Assembly: GCF_000143415.4 (NCBI RefSeq)
Contig: NW_003314315.1
Coordinates: forward strand, 690,653 to 754,652
From: Selaginella moellendorffii
Taxonomy: Eukaryota > Plantae > Lycopodiophyta
DNA: 64,000 bases
Direction of reading: 5' to 3'
Below, one piece after another: positions 49,154 through 61,612 of this stretch. The translations under genes and the position numbers were made by a program. Below the pieces are notes generated by a model. It worked only from the letters and a program-made list of their open reading frames with translations. It did not search any database and was not told where the DNA came from. Numbering within the stretch: the stretch's first letter is position 1; each line of letters starts with the position of its first letter.

Positions 49154-50946
49154 TCAATCTTCTTCTGCTTCCATATCTAGAAAAGCAGAAATGGGTATAG
49201 TGGAATACTCCTTTACTATAGGCTCGTGTTGTATGTAATGTTGTGCCATACGTTCAACATAAATAGGTAAGTGGAATTGACTTCTGTCCATATAATCATT
49301 CATATCATCAAGATCAAGTGTGTGGACTAAAACACTGTGTGTGATAAGTGTAGACATAATGACATAGAAACATTTGAGAATAAATATTATAGATTATTTC
49401 AAGCACTAACATCACCTGTCGCAAAATCTCCTAAGAATGTCCTTAAAGGCACCCTCCTTCTCAAGTGCAAAAACAGCTCGGCTTGTCTCTTTCACTGCCT
49501 GCACCATTAACCCAAATCCTACTATAGCATCAAGCACAATCCCCTTTGGGGGACAGAATAACTCCAACAAGATTTGCATAGCCATGGCTGAACGATGTCA
49601 ATAGCTAGGGAACGCTGGGTGAAGAATGTCCAAGTCAATCACATTTGGGATGATGTTTGTAGAGTTGTCATATCCTGGTAAAGCAAGAGTAGCATGCTCG
49701 TTAGCTCATGTGGCATTACACCGGTTCCCAATGTGGCATAGAGTATGGTAGTTCCAGGAATAAACCTGGAAAAAAAATAGAATAGAGTTAATTTGTAAAT
49801 AAAAAAGTCACAGACCTTTCACTTCTACCCACTAGTGCCTTTTGTGTCCACCGCCATACTCAAAAGAAGGCAGCCAAATGAAAACTTGACAAATCCATCA
49901 TTGTTGTCAGCCAAGTATGTGAGAAGGCTGTCCCACATTAGAGAGTGGGGAAGGATCATGACAACCACATCCTCGTATGTCATAAAGCTGCTCGCTGTAG
50001 TGCACCTGAATTTGGAGCCGAACTCCAAGCCCGTTGCGCTACGAACGAGGGTTCGGTACAATCCCACGAGCACTAGCTCCCCGTATCCAGCACCTGCACG
50101 AAAAATGGTGTCAGACGGAGTCTGGCACAATTTTGGCATACCGGTGGCCTAATGCGAGAAGGAGGGTACTCCACTGACTAGAGCAACATGGAGCTTGGGC
50201 TTAAACCCAAGCCGGACGCAGAACAAGGAGCGACACAGCCCAGCGGGAGCCAAACTAATGTCTCAGGTGGTCGGACATGCATTCCAACCACTATCCCTAC
50301 TATACATTTGGAACCCCCCACAGCCCCCCCCCCCTTGAGGAACACACGCTTTGGGCTTTCACCCCAAGCCACCCTTAGTACCAGGAGTTAGTCTCTGGGA
50401 CAACCTCGAAACTTACTAAATATGGAATGGCCTTAGATTGCGAATTTGGACACGGGACAAACATCATTGTGTTCAGGCCGACCTCTACATTCCGTAGATA
50501 TGCTAAATAAGCAAATCTAAACACTTTCCATAAATAGCATTTGAGACCAAAATGAGACTAACACAAAGGGTGTGATAGCGAGGGTGTTTGGCAAACACGG
50601 TAAACTATCATCCAGAGATATTGAGGGACTAGTCTCAATATGCGAGGGTTCTTGCCAAGCCAGTGCAAGACAGAGCAAAAGAGAACTAACAAGCCAGGCC
50701 AAGTATGCTTGGCTAAATAGACACTTAGGAATTCCTTCCTTATGCTCATCCGGCCAAGTACAGATGCCAAGTCCAGTTTACTAACACTTGGACAAGAGGG
50801 GCTAATAAAGGGAACCAGCAGTACCGACCTCCTGCTGTCGTGGCAGTAAGGAAAATGTGTCCGTAAGGACTGGCCGACAAGTATCTTTCGATACCCGAAG
50901 TCACATTTGCGACACTCGCAACCTTTAAGGCTTGGGAAATGTGTTG
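49154..50946 (-). pseudogene. 3' part of the ParB-methyltransferase pseudogene (SAM-binding half), interrupted by a solo LTR
   Basis: QHISQALKVAS[LTR]SFMTYEDVVVMILP; intron ~49766-49815; HRSAMAMQILLELFCPPKGIVLDAIVGFGLMVQAVKETSRAVFALEKE (motifs X-I-II, with VLDAIVGFG at 49511-49537); probable last exon ending FLDMEAEED*. Confidence 0.78.
49996..50914 (-). mobile_element. Solo LTR, family C variant
   Basis: TG...CA ends, TSD CTCGC (49991-49995 / 50915-50919). Similar to the reverse complement of 61613-62450. Confidence 0.9.
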
Positions 50947-51188
50947 ACCCGACCTCGGACTTGACATCGGACTCGGTCTCGGACCCGATCTCGGATCTCG
51001 AACTCGGTCTCGAACTCGGTCTCCGAGTCGGCCTCAGACTCAATCCTGGACTCTATCTTGAACTCGGTCTCAAAGTCGGTCTTGGACTCGATCTCAGACT
51101 CGGTCCCATCCGATGAATTCTTTGTCATTTTAGTCATGCTTTCGGGGATCCTTTAGCCTACAACACCTCGGGGAGTTGGTTCCTTACA
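50947..51188 (-). mobile_element. Displaced first ~240 bp of the gypsy B 5' LTR
   Basis: Begins tgtaaggaaccaactccc like 15020, preceded by TSD GTGGT. Breaks at ...gtcgggtc, where the sequence from 8142 onward resumes. Confidence 0.88.
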
Positions 51189-54100
51189 ACCACGTCCTTG
51201 GTGCCACTTGCACCAAAGTGTTCAAGTTAGATATGCCGAGCCACACTAAGCAATCTAACCGTGCATCATGACTTCAGGGCATCTCCCATTTGGCGGTGTG
51301 CCCAAGTCAAACTCCTTCCTAAGAGTCCATGACCACCAAAAAATAAGTGTCCTCATATTCCAAACCATCACCATGCCCTAGTGAGTTGGGACTCGAATCT
51401 ATGCACTAAAGGGTTGGGACTTAAACCCATCCTCCGTATATGCATCTATGGATAGCATCACCCAGAATGCCTAGCATGACTCCCCATACTGGTGCATCAA
51501 TTTATACTTAAAGCACATTATAGATCATAGTTTAGGAATCTAGTTCCTCTGCACTACCAAGTCCTCTCACTTGACAAGTCTGTGATCATATATAAACTCC
51601 TCCATGCTTGGCCCCATGAGCCACCCCTTTTAAAGTTAGCACCTTCAACTAGAAAATTTGTTCCTCTGACTTGCCAATCTCGCTTAGTAAGTCACAACCA
51701 ATGTAACATGCATAAGCATGAAAGTCCTTAACCATCAACTTTTGTTCAAATCCATCCCTTTGAACACTCAGAAACTACTTCCCTAACCTTGATAGCCTTG
51801 CCTTATAACAAGCTTTAAAACCATGTTTCTGCTATGCCACTCTAATTTTGCACATTCTATAAACCATTTACACTTGGTTTTCTAAGTACTAAACTACTTA
51901 GAATTGTCTTTGGGAACTTTGAAGGAACTTTGTCCCTTTGCTTGCTAAGGCCTCTCATTTCGCAAACTTTCTAATTGTCATATGGTCTAACATGGACAAT
52001 TCCATGTTTTAGACTCTCCGTGGCATCATGGTTATTAGTAGTAATTTGTTCGAGCACGCATTTGATTCTCTACTCCTAACTTGCATAATCACCTTTGGTT
52101 ATGCCCTTCAATTTTTATGGTTCGGTTCTATCCCTTTACTACTTACTTTTGGCCTCACATATTTCCTTCGGTTATTCTCCTTCAGTCTAGGAGGATAATT
52201 TTGCACTTTCTACCATATCTTAGCAAGTATTCTTAGGGATGAACTTACCCAATAGCCTAGGGAGTGGTTCCTCAATCTGAGTATGCTCACCTTGTAATCC
52301 CACACACTAGGATTAATATTGCTACTTATGGGCTTTTATATACCTATCACTAGCCTTGCCAAAATCTCTTTTTAGCTTTGTCCAATTCGGATAAATGGAC
52401 TTCTCTCGTCTCCACAAACTTGGATGTTGGATAGCACCTTTTATCCATCATTTGTTAGGGACTTAATCCCTTGAGCCTTATCAAATGCCCTCATGATACC
52501 AAACACCACTTCCTGGTGTTTTAGAGTGTTTGGGTTTCCTAATGATGGCTTTCTTTAATAATAAACATTCCCTTTATAACATTGACTTACTGTATCGCAA
52601 CATAAGTAATTCATCCCTCATAAGGGTATGTCTAACTTCCTTATCCCAATAAGAAGTCTTGGGTAGTTACTTTCTACCAATTTAATTAATTATTTTACAC
52701 CTTTTGTGTAGTTGCCTCATAGTTCTCAAGTCCTACCACTCATTGTTGGTGCTTCTATACCTCCATTGTTATTTGGGTCACCATACTCCAACTGCATGCC
52801 TTCCAACTTATGCTATGCCATTCCCATTTCCATTAGGATTCCTTTAGGAAGGGTTCTCATAAACTTGCCAACTTGACCTCAAGGCATTATGCCTTAGCAC
52901 ATTCAATGTCTTTACACCATCGGCTCCACGAGCCTACGTTTATGACACTTCTTACTTGTGTCTAGGTCTTTGGTAAGAATAATATAGTTGTTTCTCATGC
53001 CAACTAACCATTAGCATTACACTATAGTGTTTACACACAGCTTTGTGTTAAAGTTGTTTTCTTTTGGGAATACCTTTCCCATGACTTTAATATCGCATAT
53101 TCTACCATCAATGAGATACCTATTATTCTCATGCTTAGACCTTATGATCCTCCTCATCTTTCGTGGGGCACAACACACTTTAGTCCAAATACTTTTACCA
53201 ATCTCTTAGGACCATTCCTTGACTTTACTTGAGTCATCCAGCATCTTTGGACTTTGCTAATCCAATAACCCCTAAGGTCCTATTTTTTTGAGGTGCTAGT
53301 TCGCTAGAATACAACTTCTTGTATTCATGTCTTACTCATAAGGACCATCTTCGCAGGTGTTACTCCAACACTTAATTATTTTCCATTCCCTATAAGCTAT
53401 CTTTGCCCCTTAAAACTATTCGTCCCTATGATGAGAATACCGACTCATCCTCTAAGTACACACTTAACTCCTTGGGTTTATTCTAGCATTTATAAAAGGT
53501 AGCCCTGACTACCATTTCAAGGACTTGTGTCCTCATCCATATTTGACCTCTCACGGTTATTTTCAAATTCATGAGCACTAACCTTAATTATATGAGGATA
53601 ATCTTGTGACTCCTTTATTGTTTTGGAGTCTTTATCTTTCCCGTGATCCCAATTATAGTTGTTTACCACAACTATATCAGCTAGTTTTCTTAGTTAAACG
53701 CTCATCCTCAACTCTCTAAGGAAAACCCTATATTGTTCTTAAGATCCAAAATCATTTAATTATTGGCCTTTTTCTATCCACCAAAGCAACCAAAGAGAAC
53801 GACTTGAGAGACGACCAAAGATCAACCAAAGAGAACCAAAGAGAACGACTTGAGAGACGATCCATAGGGTTCAAATATAGAAGGTAAGGGCCCATGAATA
53901 AGAGTGCACCCCTTTTTCCAATTGGTTAAAAGTCTTGGGATATTTGGGGTTAAGCATCCTTGGATTTGAATAGTATTGGGCTAAGTGACCTCCTAGGAAG
54001 TCCAAATTCAAGAGCTTACACTCACCTATAAGTTCACACATGAACTGTAGTGAAGAGCCATGTCTTCCCGACTTACTACTCTTCAAGGATAGGCCCACTT

Positions 54101-55236
54101 CTAGGACCTTCTGATGCCATGTCTTCCTGACTTACTACTCTTCAAGGATAAGCCCACTCCTAGGACCTTCCGATGCCAACATTAGTGGTGATATATTTAA
54201 ACACCAATAAAAGTCAAACTAAGGAACAGCTCCAATACCAAATTGTAAGCGACTAATTTTTCCATTCTAGTTTAGTCATTTAACCACACCTCCAACCACT
54301 TGGAGGAGTCTCATTCACAACCTCCATAAGTCCAATTCAGGACTTGGGGCTTGCTAGCCTCAAGGATGGCATCCATGCCACTCAACCCTTGCACTAGGTC
54401 CAAGTGCTCCACGTGTCCAATCCCATGACCGACACCCCAAAGTACCATCGACATATCAACCCGTTATGCTAAGGCCATGCCCATTCACCTTGGTCACACC
54501 AGTGGTCCAACACCACCTACATCACAATCCCGTTTCTAAAAGACTGGGCCATCCGTCCATGAGTGATCATCCTAGATCCACTCCTTAGCATCCTTAGAAT
54601 GCCCATAGACATGGGGAATAGCCTTCCCTAATATCCTTTTTACAGTCCCCACCAAGTCCCTTTTCTATCCATGGCTGTGTTCACTAACACTGCCACACCC
54701 CCTCTGCCCTGGGGGACGATCACTTTGGGCTTTCACCCAACAGCCTGTATTAGTATTCATTAGTATTCAGACTCAATCTCGGTTCCATCTCGGACTCCAT
54801 CTCGAGTTCATCTTGGGTCCATCTCGGACTCCATCTTTGACTCCATCTCGGGTCCGTCTCAGACTCCATCTCGGGTCCATCTCAGACTCCATCTTAGACT
54901 CCATCTCAAACTCCATCTCAAGTCCATCTCGGACTCCATCTTGGACTCCATCTCAGACTCCATCTCAAACTCTATCTCGGGTCTATTTTGGACTCCATCT
55001 CAGGTCTTCCACGTGTCGTGTGTTAGTCCTCTTGTGTCCCTTTTCTAGAGACTCACTTACTACTTGCTTCGTGCTTGTTCTTCGAGCCCTTCATTGGGAG
55101 TTCCACTCTCGCTCTCAATTTTTCAAGTTAGAGCTTTTAGTCCAAATGTGTTATGCTCATTTGGCTTTCGCTTTGGCCACTACCACGTGGCACCCTTTCA
55201 GCTCCACTTTGGGGCCTAAGTATTTTATGTCTCACA
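51189..55236 (-). mobile_element. 5' half of the second family A LARD (5' LTR 54244-55236, PBS, internal region)
   Basis: PBS tggtattggagc at 54229-54240; collinear with 16904-19700. The LTR has an internal deletion; a foreign insert lies at ~53785-54030. Confidence 0.88.
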
Positions 55237-57043
55237 ATTGTCTTCATCCTAGCAAAAGATGTTGAGAGTTAATAAGTGAAAAATATTATAAAAAATTAAA
55301 TCACTTACACTAAGGAGTGGGTTATCCATTACCTCATCTTTGTCTTGAATAGCCTTTGTGCAACACTTATGCCAATACATCTCCTAAATTGTTTAGTTTT
55401 TGAGAAATAAAATAAAATTTAGATACTTTTTCTTCAATGCCGAGGACATGAAATACCATCCTAAAAAGAATCAACATTATAAATAAATAGAACCAATTTA
55501 GTATTTGGTAATTGGGGAAGACCTTTAATTGTTCCTAATGCATACATAAAGTTGGTAGGAGATCCTGAAAATGCTTTGAGTATTTTTTACCTTGAAGTTT
55601 GTGTTGCATTTCTTGGTTATTGCTCGACTAAGTGTGCTCTATTAGCAAGTGGATTCCACAACCATGAGAAACTGGTGTTATTATCTTTGTAGAGTGCTCT
55701 TGTTACATATAACCCCCCTTTTGCCACATTCTTGCTCCTCCTTTGAATTTTCTGTTTTTCTAATGTTTAGATTGCATCCTCTATTCTTGCACTGAGGCTC
55801 TAAAATGTCCCCCTCTCAATCTTCTTAGGGAAGTATAATGACACTCTAACCACACAAACACTCGCAATGTAATTGCGCAATCCCCCAAATAGCCCTTTCA
55901 ATCTCATTAGGGTCATTACCATTTGTGGAGAAAAAAACATTTCTAGCCATCCTTATACAATTATTTAGTTTACAACATGTCAAAATTGTGTGGATATTGT
56001 AGTGGATGTAATGGTAAATTTTAGCAATATAAAAAAATATTGCATACGAGAATCCTAAACAAGAAAATACTAAAACCATATTAAAAAAACACTTGTAAAC
56101 ACAACTAATATGTTAGATATGTAAGGACATAAGTTGGATTTTCTCCATAAATTTTATAGACTTGGAGAAGAGTAAATGATTCTTACCTAGCTTAAACAGC
56201 CAAATATTTTTGGTGGAGTAAACATAATAATAAATGAAAGAAAGGAAAGAAAGTAAAGTGCCTATAACATTTTATATTCTATACTTTTCTGACATTGCCT
56301 ATAAACCAAACCCCAAAAAATATTACAAATTGAACTATTTATCTCTTTTACCTCTTCCATGAACTCATGAAGTGAGAACTTAGAAACTATATGGAAAACT
56401 AATCTTATAACTATATCATGGTTTTAAATATAAGTGCTAAAAGAGTTTATTTTAATTCCAATTTTATAGCTATGCTTTAAAAGAATCAACATTATACATG
56501 GCTGAAAACCCATATGTGTGGGAGATTGTTACAAAAAAGTGGTAAAAATTAAATAATTGTTTTCAAATTTTTATTTATAGAAATTAACTATATATTTGCC
56601 AAACATTATTCTGAAAATAAATGTGAAACTTAAATAATAACCAAATATGTTTATATAAACAATTATAAGGTAGTTTTAATTTCAGTTACTTATTTTATTT
56701 TAACTTTTATATACCACTATTGGAACCATACCATTTTTGGTTTGCTTTAGCAAACTTGTATAGAAGATGCTTGGATATTCTAGGATATTCTACCATCTAA
56801 CAATTGTTATTCAGTTAGATTAATCTTGTATTTATAATTTAAAAATTTCTTAAACAATTTTTAGTATATTCTTTTTTATTCTACCATCTAATGAAATAAG
56901 ATTAATTTCATCTTTATAAATTATAAATATGTTTAGAATTATAAATTTTCATTTAATCAATTGGATTAATAAATAAGAATAACACTATTATTAAGCAAAC
57001 AAAACATTGCTACATGAAACGCATAGGTGATAGCTACTGAAAC

Positions 57044-60000
57044 CTATATATATATAATAAATTGCTGCACGTTGTATTGCAGCAATGCTTGGTTTGTTTT
57101 TGTTTTTAAATATTTTTTATTACAATATATAATTTGTTATGATCTGTCCAATATGCAGGTGCTATTCCTGCTTTTGTATATATTATATCTTTAATCCATG
57201 TATGATCTATTAATTTATTATTACGTGTATTGTGTTTTATTATTTGTATATATCCTTCTTTCTCCATTATTATTTGAAGTGGTTTTACTTCTTCTATTTG
57301 GTAGTCAATATTAAAATCTCATGTAATTATTACTGGTTTTATATTATCAGTTTTCTGTATATATTTTTGTAGTTTTTTTATGAATAAATATATATTTATT
57401 CCAGGTTTTCTATATAACTTTTTTATCTGTAATTGTTTTTTTCTAGTGATACATATGACATTGACATTGTTTCTGTTTTTAAATTTTCTACTATTTCTGA
57501 TTTATAGTCATTTGTATGCAATATTGCTATATGTCGGGGTTGTTCATATATATATGATTTTTATTTATTAAAATATAAATCCTCATGTTTTTGTGTTCTT
57601 ACTTCTTGCATACATATTATATCTGATGTGAATAATTGTGAATCGCTCTTTATATCTTCTTGATGAGCAGTAATAGATCTTGTATTTAGAACTTGTATAA
57701 TTGTTTGGTTAGCTATTTTTCCTTCTTGTAAATCTATTAAATCAATTTGCCATGGTGCTTCTGTTATCATTCTTATTATTTCTTTAGCTGCATCTTTATT
57801 AATTTTTATATGTTTATGTTCAATTGGTCTATATAAATGTATCCCTTTCAATGTTTGTGCTCTTGATAATGCAGTATATGCTTGTCTTGGATATTTTGTT
57901 TTATATGGGTCATATCCTAATTGCATAACTGTTGATCCTTGTGCTCTATATATTGTTCTTCCTGCGCATGGTTGTACTGGAAATTGGGTTCTACTTATAA
58001 CATAGTTTTTATTTTTAGTAATATTTATTATTCTTGTTTTATTTTTTTTATTGGTGTCCAGTTTTTTTCATTATTTTTCTTTCTTGTTATGTTTTCTTTA
58101 GCTCTTGTTTTTTCACCTGTTTTTATATTTGGGAATTCTATTCATATTATTTGTTCTTCTTCAATCTGGGTTACATTTTGTAATACTCCATCTACTAATC
58201 CATCTTCTGTTCCTATATTTTGTGTTATTTCAATTGCCATTTTCTTTTTCAAATGTAATATTTTATGTAGTCCTTGTATTTTTCTTGTGTCATCTGGAAG
58301 TGTGAAATGTGTAGGATAGGAATTTCCATGTTTATCTTGTGCTTCTATAATTATATCTTTACCTTGTATGTGTTGTATTATTTTTTCATTATGTTCTCTT
58401 ACTTATTCATTAGTTGCAAATATAGAATAGTATTCTGTGTTATATGTATCTGTGGTGACTTTTTTATTTATATATTCTAGCTCTTTATCTGTTTGTTCTC
58501 CTATTTTTATTTTATTTAAAGCTTTTATAAATATTATATGCCTCACTATTTCAATAATTTTATAGATTTTAAAATTATTTTTCCATGGGTTGTGTATGGA
58601 GACATCATTTTCAGGTATATATGTTTTTGTTGAATAAATTGGTATTTCAAATGTAGGATTTAATTGATAGAAATCACCTGTAAATATACAATCCATCCCA
58701 CCAAAGTCTATTCCATATGTTGTTTTGAAGCTTTCACATCTTCTATTTATATCTTGTAGCATTTTTATACTTACCATTGATATTTCATCTATTACTAAAA
58801 ATTTTATAGTTGAAAAATTTCTTTTATATTTATCTAATGTGTCATTTGTTAATATTGTTTGACATGGTTTTGATGCTTCTGGTCGAAATGCAAAAGCTGA
58901 ATGTATTATTGAACCATTTATATTACAAGCTGCTTTTCCTGTAGGTGTTGTTATTAATATTGTTTGTCCTGGTTCATTATTTATTATCTTGTTTTGTTTA
59001 TTCATTATTTATATCATTTGAGTGTTTCTATAAGTGTATTTAAAGCATTGATTTTCCAGTTCCTGCTTTTCCTTTTAAAAATAAGCACAATTGTTTGTTA
59101 GGTTGCTTTATTTTTTTTCAATATGTAGTCATCATGTATTATTCTTTGCTTTGTATTTATAGTTCTTAATAATTTGTGATATTTACTAGTTTTTATAAGG
59201 TATTCATCTTGTATTATAATTTTTTTATTTGTTAGTATTTTATCTGTTATATTTAAATTTAAGTTTTTGTTATTTTTCATTTTGAATAAATCTTTCCTTA
59301 TATCAAATTCATCTGTTTGGTTTGNNNNNNNNNNNNNNNNNNNNNNNNNNNNNNNNNNNNNNNNNNNNNNNNNNNNNNNNNNNNNNNNNNNNNNNNNNNN
59401 NNNNNNNNNNNNNNNNNNNNNNNNNNNNNNNNNNNNNNNNNNNNNNNNNNNNNNNNNNNNNNNNNNNNNNNNNNNNNNNNNNNNNNNNNNNNNNNNNCTA
59501 AATGCTGATGTTTTATGTGCATAATATGTTATTGTGGTGATTGAATCAGCTCTTAGTATTTTATATATTTTCTCTTTATCATTAAAGCTTTCTGTCTATT
59601 ATTGTTGACATATATCTATATTTAAATTTTTTAAAGCTTTTATTAATGGTTCTCAATGTCTTTCTGAACTAAGAGTTAAGAATAGTGTTGGTGGTCCTAA
59701 TTGTCTTATCATAGCAAATGCATGTTTTCTAGTGCTTCTAAATTATCTGGTGATGTTCTTAGATTTTTTTAAATCTCTAAATACTATCTTTGACTTTAAT
59801 ATTTTATCCATATTTCCATTTTCAAGCAAATCTTTTGATGTGATTTTTCATCTTTCATAAGTAAACTTTCTTAATCTAAAACCTGCATTTTGATTGACAA
59901 ATCTGATTTAAGTTTTTACAGCTGCTGTAAATATATGTTCAATATGTCGTGCAAATTTTCTATCCTCATTCATTAATTCCCATTAGATTATTTCTTGTTA

Positions 60001-61300
60001 TGTAAATTTACTTTTTATGTCTAATGGTCTTGGTTTTCCACCAAATAATTTTGGATATGCCATTTCTTCAGCATTTTCATCTACAAATAATCCTAATGGG
60101 TGTTGCCCTTGACCAAAACTTTATTTGTAAAATTATCTATCTGATTTGCATCTAAGAAGCTAATTACCATAGTATCTGTTGGTAATATCTCATTATCAAG
60201 GTTGTTTATAGCATTTACACTTTCATCATCTTCATTTAATTCTTGTTGTAATTTGTTTTCTGATATCATTTGTGTGTTATTATCTATATTGTCTAAATTT
60301 TGTGCTTGTTGAAACCAGTTTTCATCTATATTAATTTTATTTTCTTATATAATTCTATTTCTTGTAATTGTTTTATACTATTATAAATATAATGTGGTCT
60401 GGCTATTCCAAATTTATAATAATATTTATCAGTTAATCTTCATTTCAGCTGAATTGTTATTATTTGTGTTTCTTAAAATGTTCTTGGTAGTTTATTAATT
60501 ATTGGTTTAATATTAGTTGGGACATTTATTATTCCTCCTTTTATGCATTGCAGATATTGAGGTTGATTTGGTATTGTTATATTTGCAAATAAAATACGTA
60601 GAGCTGGCATTTTCTCTTCAATATCATTTAGTTGTTCTGTATATCAATCAATTTGATTCATTCTAATTTTTTCTGGACTTTTATATTATTCTTTATTTGT
60701 CATGCATTGATTGCATGCATATTCTTGTTTTTTATTATATTTAAACAAAAATCTTTTACATATTTTATGTGGATATATCGGTATATCCTGTATAGCTTCA
60801 TTATACATTTGTAGTGCTTTCATACTTTTTGTATTGTTCATGTTATTCATTTTCTTGTTTTTCTTTCTCTTTTATTGTTTTTTTTCTTTGCTTCTAATAT
60901 AATATACTCTTCTTTTAAGTTTTCATCTGATATAGTACTCTCTGTTCTTTGTCAAAAAATATTTATTTTTTCATTTGGTTGTTTTTGTTAGTTCCAAGTT
61001 TCCATAAGTATTTTGTAAAATATTTTGTAAAGGATGTTCTTCATGTTTTTCTTTGGATATATTAATAGTTTTTATTTGCCTAATTTTTATCCTTTCTGGA
61101 AAAATAATAGTATCTAGAAAACAATTTGTTGCTGAGTTAAATCAAATATTATGGTTGAAATTTTAGTTCTGTTGGATTTTTTATTTGTAGATCCTTGAAT
61201 TGATAACAATTTTGCATCTAGAAGTTCTGTCTATTCAAATTTTCTCTTTGTCATAATTTTGCCCTTTATACTTAAATGCCCTTATTTCCCTTGATGTCCT
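57044..61300 (-). mobile_element. Helentron/Helitron2-type rolling-circle element: Rep, PIF1 helicase and AP-like endonuclease (decayed)
   Basis: Rep-associated motifs GQGQHPLGLFVDENAEEMAYPKLF and AMIRQLGPPTLFLTLSS. Helicase motifs: Walker A GKAGTGKS (~59050-59073), TPTGKAA, IDEISMV, GDFYQLNP, QAYTALSR. Endonuclease LNTRS..H..DI..SDIICMQE. Terminal hairpin at 57061-57086. The 5' boundary is approximate. Confidence 0.85.
59325..59497. other. Assembly gap
   Basis: Run of N. Confidence 1.
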
Positions 61301-61612
61301 TACACCCATAGGATAGCTAAGTGCATAGTTGTTTTTATGATTGTTTAGCTGATCAAGATTGTTTAAAGAGATTCAACAATCGAACTGAATGGACTATTTT
61401 TAGCCTACTTTCAGCAAGTATTAATTCTCTATCTTTCAATCAACTACTTTGTGAAGGCTAATAATTGATAATCTAGACCAGTAGAAACAATAAAAGACCT
61501 TTTACTTACTTCTCAATGCTATTCCGTTGAAAGCCATTTATGCCCTAAAACTATATTAAGTCTTTATTTAAATGGGCCTAAAATGGGTTTATGAGAGAAA
61601 CGTGAGCACCAA

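Noticed and set aside
8137-50946. Scaffolding error as the cause of the opposite-strand halves
   Set aside because: Neither junction is at an N gap, and both LARD halves lie in the same gap-free stretch (23467-59324). Read-level confirmation is still needed.
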